Part shown: positions 6,946 to 11,757 of the stretch, in pieces | Position numbering within the stretch: the first letter of the stretch is position 1 | How the letters are laid out: each line of letters opens with the position of its first letter | Source: a bacterium | GTDB lineage: Bacteria > Babelota > Babeliae > Babelales > RVW-14 | Direction of reading: 5' to 3' | NCBI GenBank assembly: GCA_043822925.1 | Contig: JBDRBF010000057.1 | Span: 1 to 11,757, forward strand | DNA: 11,757 bases | Translations under genes and position numbers: made by a program | Notes under the pieces: model-generated | Told to the model about the DNA's origin: nothing | Databases searched by the model: none | Seen by the model: only the letters and a program-made list of their open reading frames with translations

Positions 6946-7001
6946 CCAGGCTAAAGAACATGAACGCGTGCCGCTGGCACGCTCATATGTTCCATGGCAA
7001 T
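6946..7001. repeat. Intergenic composite palindrome between dprA and maf
   Basis: Hairpin GAACAT..GCGTGCC-GCT-GGCACGC..ATGTTC (6956-6992), flanked by CCAGGCTAAAG and CCATGGCAAT. Confidence 0.6.
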
Positions 7002-7042
7002 AAATTTCAAAACTTTGCAACAAATTACACATGTGTTTAGCG

Positions 7043-8338
7043 TTAGATTTTTTCCCAAGAGCCAGCAAAATTTTGTTTTACTAAACCGTCAAGCTGTAGA
7101 CAAAAAAGCTTATCCTGTAACTCAGCAAAACTCAGACCTGATTTTATCGTTAATTCGTCCAGCGTATGCATGCTATCAAAATGAGCCAAGAACGGGTCGG
7201 CTAAAATTTGTGCTGGCGCAGAGACACGATTATATATTTTTGTCTGTTCTTGAGACACGCCTAATTCTTGTGCACTATCACGACCTAAGCGCGCAGCGCT
7301 TGCAACGCCAGCAGCACAATCATATTCACCAAACTCGCCCAAAATATCAGAAACATCTTTAACTAGTTTAGCGCCATGATCAAGCAATTTGTGGCACCCG
7401 TCACTTAAATCGTTAAATATAGACCCTGGAACAGCAAACACCTGTTTGCCTTGTTCAAGCGCAAATTCAGCCGTAATTAATGCACCGCTTTTTTGCGCAG
7501 CCTGAACAATAACACAGCCCTGAGATAAACCAGCTATAATGCGATTGCGCGCAGGAAACGTTGTTTTATCTGGAGACATACGCAGCGGGAAAGATGAAAC
7601 AAGCGTGCCGCCACTGGCCACTATTTTTTTGAAAAATTTTTTATTTTGTTCCGGATACGGACGTAAAAGACCGGAACCAAGCACAATAATTGTTTTGCCG
7701 CCAGCATCATGCGTTGCTTTATGAGCCATGCTATCGACACCCAATGCTCCCCCACTTACGATTTCCCAGCCATTACTTACTAACCCTGGAACCAAGTGGT
7801 CTATTACTTGAGCTGCGTATTTATCGGCTTTGCGTGCACCGACAAACGCGATACGTTTGGGGACCTCTTCGACGAGGCACGCAGGGTGAGCGCCGGACGA
7901 AGCAAAAAGAGCGCCCAGAAAACCGCCTTTGCTATACAACAATAATGGGGGCTGATTAATATTTCTGAGCAATACGGGATATTCTTGGTCAAGAATTGTA
8001 TCGATGCGTATCGTGTATTTTTCGATAAGCTCTAATTCTTCTTCAAGTAATTTTTTGTCTGCGAGCCCTTGAACCAAAATAGTAGCAACTTTTTCTGTAA
8101 GACCAATTTTATTTCTAAAATCAGCGCATGTAAATGCGTAAATTTGTTCGAACGATAACGTATCAAGATGCTCGATTTTATCCCGAAGAATATCGCAGGC
8201 TTGCGATGAGTTTAATCCAGATCGATCACGCAAAAAATCGTTAACATGCAACAGGTATGCAATTAACTTGCATACCGTTGCTGGTCCTATACCTGATATT
8301 AATGATAAATGTAATAACGTTTGTCTATTTTGTTTCAT
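7043..8338 (-). CDS. dprA: DNA-processing protein DprA (Smf)
   Basis: LSLISGIGP, YPVLLRNINQPPLLLYSKG, IAFVGAR, IVSGGALGVDSMAH, VLGSGL, FPARNRIIAGLS, AAQKSGALITA, VFAVPG, GCHKLL..GAKLV and a C-terminal winged helix. Likely start is ATG 8338 (MKQNRQ); the extension to 8410 is repeat-derived. Confidence 0.95.
   Translation of the reverse strand: MKQNRQTLLHLSLISGIGPATVCKLIAYLLHVNDFLRDRSGLNSSQACDILRDKIEHLDTLSFEQIYAFTCADFRNKIGLTEKVATILVQGLADKKLLEEELELIEKYTIRIDTILDQEYPVLLRNINQPPLLLYSKGGFLGALFASSGAHPACLVEEVPKRIAFVGARKADKYAAQVIDHLVPGLVSNGWEIVSGGALGVDSMAHKATHDAGGKTIIVLGSGLLRPYPEQNKKFFKKIVASGGTLVSSFPLRMSPDKTTFPARNRIIAGLSQGCVIVQAAQKSGALITAEFALEQGKQVFAVPGSIFNDLSDGCHKLLDHGAKLVKDVSDILGEFGEYDCAAGVASAARLGRDSAQELGVSQEQTKIYNRVSAPAQILADPFLAHFDSMHTLDELTIKSGLSFAELQDKLFCLQLDGLVKQNFAGSWEKI
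7861..7893 (-). repeat. REP-like element inside the dprA reading frame
   Basis: The reverse complement of 7867-7893 is GCGCTCACCCTGCGTGCCTCGTCGAAG, 26/27 identical to intergenic 8483-8509. It encodes (G)AHPACLVEEV. Confidence 0.85.
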
Positions 8339-8350
8339 ATACTTTGCTTG

Positions 8351-8540
8351 CCCTTCGACCTGTCCTCCGAAGCTACAAGCCGATAGGCGAAGAGCGTAGG
8401 AGGAAGCCACGTAGGGCGTAGTAGGGTTCTCTTGTTTTTTATTTCCCCAATCTTACATGATGCTTCGACAAGCTCAGCATGAGCGCTCTCCCTGCGTGCC
8501 TCGTCGAAGCCCTACGAAGACGGGTGCTTGTCGAAGGGTC
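8351..8540. repeat. Cluster of nested and back-to-back REP-like palindromes in the gyrA-dprA spacer
   Basis: GC-rich patch containing TCCTCCGAAGCT (8363-8374)/AGCGTAGGAGGA (8393-8404), ATGCTTCGACAAGCTCAGCATGAGCG (8460-8485) and GCGCTCTCCCTGCGTGCCTCGTCGAAG...GCTTGTCGAAGGGTC (8483-8540). Confidence 0.85.
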
Positions 8541-8545
8541 TTCTC

Positions 8546-11320
8546 TTATAAATCAGAATCGTCTTCGCCACCTGCATCAAACATGCTGCGCTGTTTTATT
8601 TCTTTGGCTGCAACATCAAAATCATCCTGTAATGCCGTGCGATTTGAACTTGCTGAGCGCTTCTGGCTATTATCAATAGTATCTTCAGAATCTTCTTGCA
8701 AGTCAGTATCTAAATCGTCTTCTTGGTCATCTTGATCTTCCAAACTATCTTGAGCATCAAGAGCTTCTAGATTACCTAAAGATAGCTCACCTTCAGCTTC
8801 TTGCCCGAACAATTTATCTCCAGCAACCAGCTTTTTATCGCCAGGGGTTACTTCTTCGTCATCATCTTCTTCATGTTCAAATGTAAGCACAGCTGATAAC
8901 GTTTGACCTACATCAAGTCTTACAAGTCTAACACCTTTTGCTTGTCTGCCCATTGTACGTACTTCTTGAGGTGAAAGACGAATAATTTTACCGTTTGTAT
9001 CAATCAATAAAATTTCAGAGTGTTCCGTTACACGCACAAGCGCAATAACTTCACCGTTACGGCCACCAGTTGGAATAGTTCTAACACCAAGCCCACCACG
9101 GTGAGCAACTCTAAAATCAGATATTTTGACGCGTTTTCCATACCCCTGTGACGTGCCGAACAAGAGCGTGTCTTGCTCGCTTACCACTTCAAGGCCTACA
9201 ACAAAATCGTCTTTTTTCAGTTTAATACCGCGTACACCAGCCGCTTGACGGCCCATTGACCTAATTTCATCTTCTTTAAAGTGTATGCCCTGGCCATTAC
9301 TAGTCGCAATAACAATTGAATTAGTACCTGAGCTAATTGCACAGAAAGCAAGTTCATCGCCTTCATGCAAGTTTACAGCTCTAATACCAGTGCTACGCAC
9401 TTTAGCAAATGCCATAGCGTCTGTTTTTTTAATAGTACCCTGGCGAGTAACCATGACTAAGAATTTGTTTTCCATGCCACGAGTACACAGAAGTTTAACA
9501 ACTTTTTCACCGTCAGATAACTGAAGCAAGTTAACGATAGCACGGCCTTTTGATGTTCGAGAGCCTTCTTGAACTTGGAATACTTGTAAGCTAAATACAC
9601 GACCGGTATTTGTAAAGAATAATAACTCATCATGATTTTTAGCAACAAACGCATCTTGCATCAAGTCGTCAGAATCATCAAGATCTGCCATACCCTTCTT
9701 GCCTTTGCCACCACGTCTTTGTACTACGTATGTCTCAAGAAGTACTCGCTTGATATATCCCTTACGCGTTAGTGTTACCACCATATCTTCGTCTGGGATT
9801 AAATCAGCTTCGCTCAAAATATCGACCGCGTCTTCTATCTTAGATTTGCGTGCATCACCATATGTTTTTTTAACTAATTCTAATTCTTCAACAATTACTC
9901 TACGCAGCTCAGCTTCATCTCGTAAAATAAACTCAAGCTTTGCGATTAATATGCGTAACTCTGAAATCTCGCCAGAAATTTTCTCTTGCTCTAAACCAGT
10001 TAAACGTTGCAACTTCATATCAAGAATAGCTTTTGCCTGCTCAAGTGAAAATTTGCATTTTTCTTGTAAGACATCGCACGCTTCTTGTGCTGTTTTTGAA
10101 GCTTTAATAAGCAAAACAACATTATCAATATCGTTTAAGGCTAAAATAAAACCATCAAGAATATGCTCACGGAACTTGCTTTTAGCCAGATCGAACTCTG
10201 TACGTCTGGTAACAATCTCTTTACGATGCAACAAGAAATGGTCAAGCACTTCACGCAACGTAAATAATGCCGGACGATTTTGAAAGAGCGCTAGCAAAAT
10301 AATAGACATCGAAGACTGAAGCGCCGTATGTTTATACAACAAATTCAACACAACTTGCGGATTCTCTCCACGTCTCAATTCAATAACAAGGCGAATTCCA
10401 CCACGAGCAGATTCATCACGGATATTGGAAATTCCCTCAATAATTTTATCTTTAACAAGATCAGCAATTTTTGTAATAAGATCAGATTTATTAACCTGAA
10501 ATGGAAGCTCAGAAACAACCAAAACCGGAAAACCTTTTTTCTCTTCTTCAACATCAATAACACCACGTATAACAACACGGCCATGACCAGTACGATACGC
10601 TTTAACAATACCTGAACGGCCACAAATTATACCGCCTGTAGGAAAATCTGGTGCAGGAATAATATCAAAAATTTTTTCATCAGTAATAGCCGGATTCTTT
10701 AAGATAGCCAAACAGGCATCAACAACTTCCGTTAAATTATGAGGCGGAACTGAAGTTGCCATACCAACAGCTATACCGGTTGAACCGTTTACGAGCAAAT
10801 GTGGAATTTTAGCAGGAAGCAATGTTGGTTCGGTACGGGACTCATCAAAATTTGGAACAAAATGAACGGTGTTTTTTTCTATATCGTTAAGCATCTCACG
10901 CGCAATCTTTGCCATACGCACTTCTGTGTATCGCATTGCAGCTGCGTTATCTCCGTCGATAGAACCCCAGTTACCCTGGCCATCAAGCAATGGGTATCTT
11001 TTTGAAAACTCTTGAACTAAACCAACCATGGTTTGATAAATTGCAGCATCACCATGTGGATGGTAATTACCTATAACTTCTCCAACAACAGTAGCTGATT
11101 TACGATATGCTTTATCGTTGTAATAACCAAGCTTATGCATAGCAAACAAAATACGTCGATGAACAGGCTTTAACCCGTCCCGCACGTCAGGAAGAGCTCG
11201 ACTGACAATAACCGACATTGCATAGTCAAGAAATGACGTCTTCAGCTCTTTTTCTATTGAAAGTAACGCAACACCAGACACTGATTTATTCTCAACTGTC
11301 GTATCGTTATCTGCAGCCAT
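8546..11320 (-). CDS. gyrA: DNA gyrase subunit A
   Basis: SFLDYAMSVIVSRALPDVRDGLKPVHRR, YHPHGD, AAMRYTE (catalytic Tyr), GyrA-box QRRGGKG, beta-pinwheel repeats (MGRQAAGVRGIKL) and an acidic tail. Likely ATG start at 11320 with purine-rich SD GGAAGGGGGA. Confidence 0.98.
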   Translation of the reverse strand: MAADNDTTVENKSVSGVALLSIEKELKTSFLDYAMSVIVSRALPDVRDGLKPVHRRILFAMHKLGYYNDKAYRKSATVVGEVIGNYHPHGDAAIYQTMVGLVQEFSKRYPLLDGQGNWGSIDGDNAAAMRYTEVRMAKIAREMLNDIEKNTVHFVPNFDESRTEPTLLPAKIPHLLVNGSTGIAVGMATSVPPHNLTEVVDACLAILKNPAITDEKIFDIIPAPDFPTGGIICGRSGIVKAYRTGHGRVVIRGVIDVEEEKKGFPVLVVSELPFQVNKSDLITKIADLVKDKIIEGISNIRDESARGGIRLVIELRRGENPQVVLNLLYKHTALQSSMSIILLALFQNRPALFTLREVLDHFLLHRKEIVTRRTEFDLAKSKFREHILDGFILALNDIDNVVLLIKASKTAQEACDVLQEKCKFSLEQAKAILDMKLQRLTGLEQEKISGEISELRILIAKLEFILRDEAELRRVIVEELELVKKTYGDARKSKIEDAVDILSEADLIPDEDMVVTLTRKGYIKRVLLETYVVQRRGGKGKKGMADLDDSDDLMQDAFVAKNHDELLFFTNTGRVFSLQVFQVQEGSRTSKGRAIVNLLQLSDGEKVVKLLCTRGMENKFLVMVTRQGTIKKTDAMAFAKVRSTGIRAVNLHEGDELAFCAISSGTNSIVIATSNGQGIHFKEDEIRSMGRQAAGVRGIKLKKDDFVVGLEVVSEQDTLLFGTSQGYGKRVKISDFRVAHRGGLGVRTIPTGGRNGEVIALVRVTEHSEILLIDTNGKIIRLSPQEVRTMGRQAKGVRLVRLDVGQTLSAVLTFEHEEDDDEEVTPGDKKLVAGDKLFGQEAEGELSLGNLEALDAQDSLEDQDDQEDDLDTDLQEDSEDTIDNSQKRSASSNRTALQDDFDVAAKEIKQRSMFDAGGEDDSDL

Positions 11321-11507
11321 CCAAGTCCCCCTTCCTGAGGAAAAAAGCAATAATTACAACTCTGATTTTTTTAACTTTTCTTTAAGTCATTAAGATAGCC
11401 TGATTTGTACCTTAAAGCAAGAATTGCCTCTCTTTTTAGAGTAAAAAAACATCGAAAAATATAGATAGAACCACGATATTTTAAATCGCAGCCCCCTCTC
11501 TTTTTAT

Positions 11508-11756
11508 TTAGAACACATCTTGCACACTAATACCCTGGCCAAAAACAACTGATGCACCTAAACCCAAATTAAACACATGTGTACCAAAGTGTTTAAGTAC
11601 AATATTTGTAAACGTCACCGTTACGTTATTATCAAGAAAAATAGAACTCAAACCGCTATCACCACACGTAATACTATGTCCCTGGCCATCAAATACAGTA
11701 TCTCCTGCAAAATATATAACGCTATGTTCAGGACAAACATATAAATCACCTGTCGC
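11508..11756 (-). CDS. 3' end of a hypothetical beta-rich protein (starts beyond the window)
   Basis: Open frame to the window edge: ATGDLYVCPEHSVIYFAGDTVFDGQGHSITCGDSGLSSIFLDNNVTVTFTNIVLKHFGTHVFNLGLGASVVFGQGISVQDVF*, TAA at 11510-11508. Beta-solenoid-like pattern (DGxGHxI..., VTFTNI). Confidence 0.7.
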   Translation of the reverse strand, partial: ATGDLYVCPEHSVIYFAGDTVFDGQGHSITCGDSGLSSIFLDNNVTVTFTNIVLKHFGTHVFNLGLGASVVFGQGISVQDVF

Positions 11757-11757
11757 T

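Noticed and set aside
6892-7032. 46-aa minus-strand ORF (MCNLLQSF...) between dprA and maf
   Set aside because: No SD and no recognisable motif (not a convincing rpmF), and it is largely made of the palindrome.
8339-8410. N-terminal extension of DprA in the ORF track
   Set aside because: It lies within the nested repeat; DprA-like sequence begins at ATG 8338.
8351-8540. CRISPR array or tRNA
   Set aside because: No regularly spaced identical repeats with unique spacers, no cas genes and no cloverleaf.
8457-8735. 92-aa plus-strand ORF (MMLRQAQHER...)
   Set aside because: Its N-terminus is the translation of the palindromic repeats and the rest is antisense to gyrA.
361-11005. Remaining short ORFs overlapping murB, the TA module, paralog B, maf, dprA and gyrA (e.g. 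361-720, 760-1110, 6994-7362, 9699-10283)
   Set aside because: Antisense or alternative-frame shadows of well-supported genes, with no motifs.

Overview
AT-rich bacterial chromosomal window. Gene style, the secreted orphan proteins and the partial ORF at the right edge suggest Candidatus Dependentiae/Babelota (TM6); this is an inference only. The core genes are murB (-), a frameshifted AMIN + amidase_3-like gene (+), a hypothetical gene (+), maf (-), dprA (-) and gyrA (-). Between them lies an accessory block (3277-6302): two paralogous secreted TraB/Tiki/EreA/ChaN-like proteins, a RelE/Gp49-like toxin remnant fused in frame to an XRE antitoxin, and a stand-alone GIY-YIG nuclease gene bracketed by 37-bp palindromic inverted repeats. 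A 2.1-kb part of this block is bounded by a 63-bp direct repeat of the maf 3' end. The most striking signal is a family of related REP-like palindromes. They flank the GIY-YIG gene, occur as orphans (2482, 8459-8540), are nested inside each other (8351-8426), and one sits in frame inside dprA. This suggests a GIY-YIG-associated mobile palindrome system.
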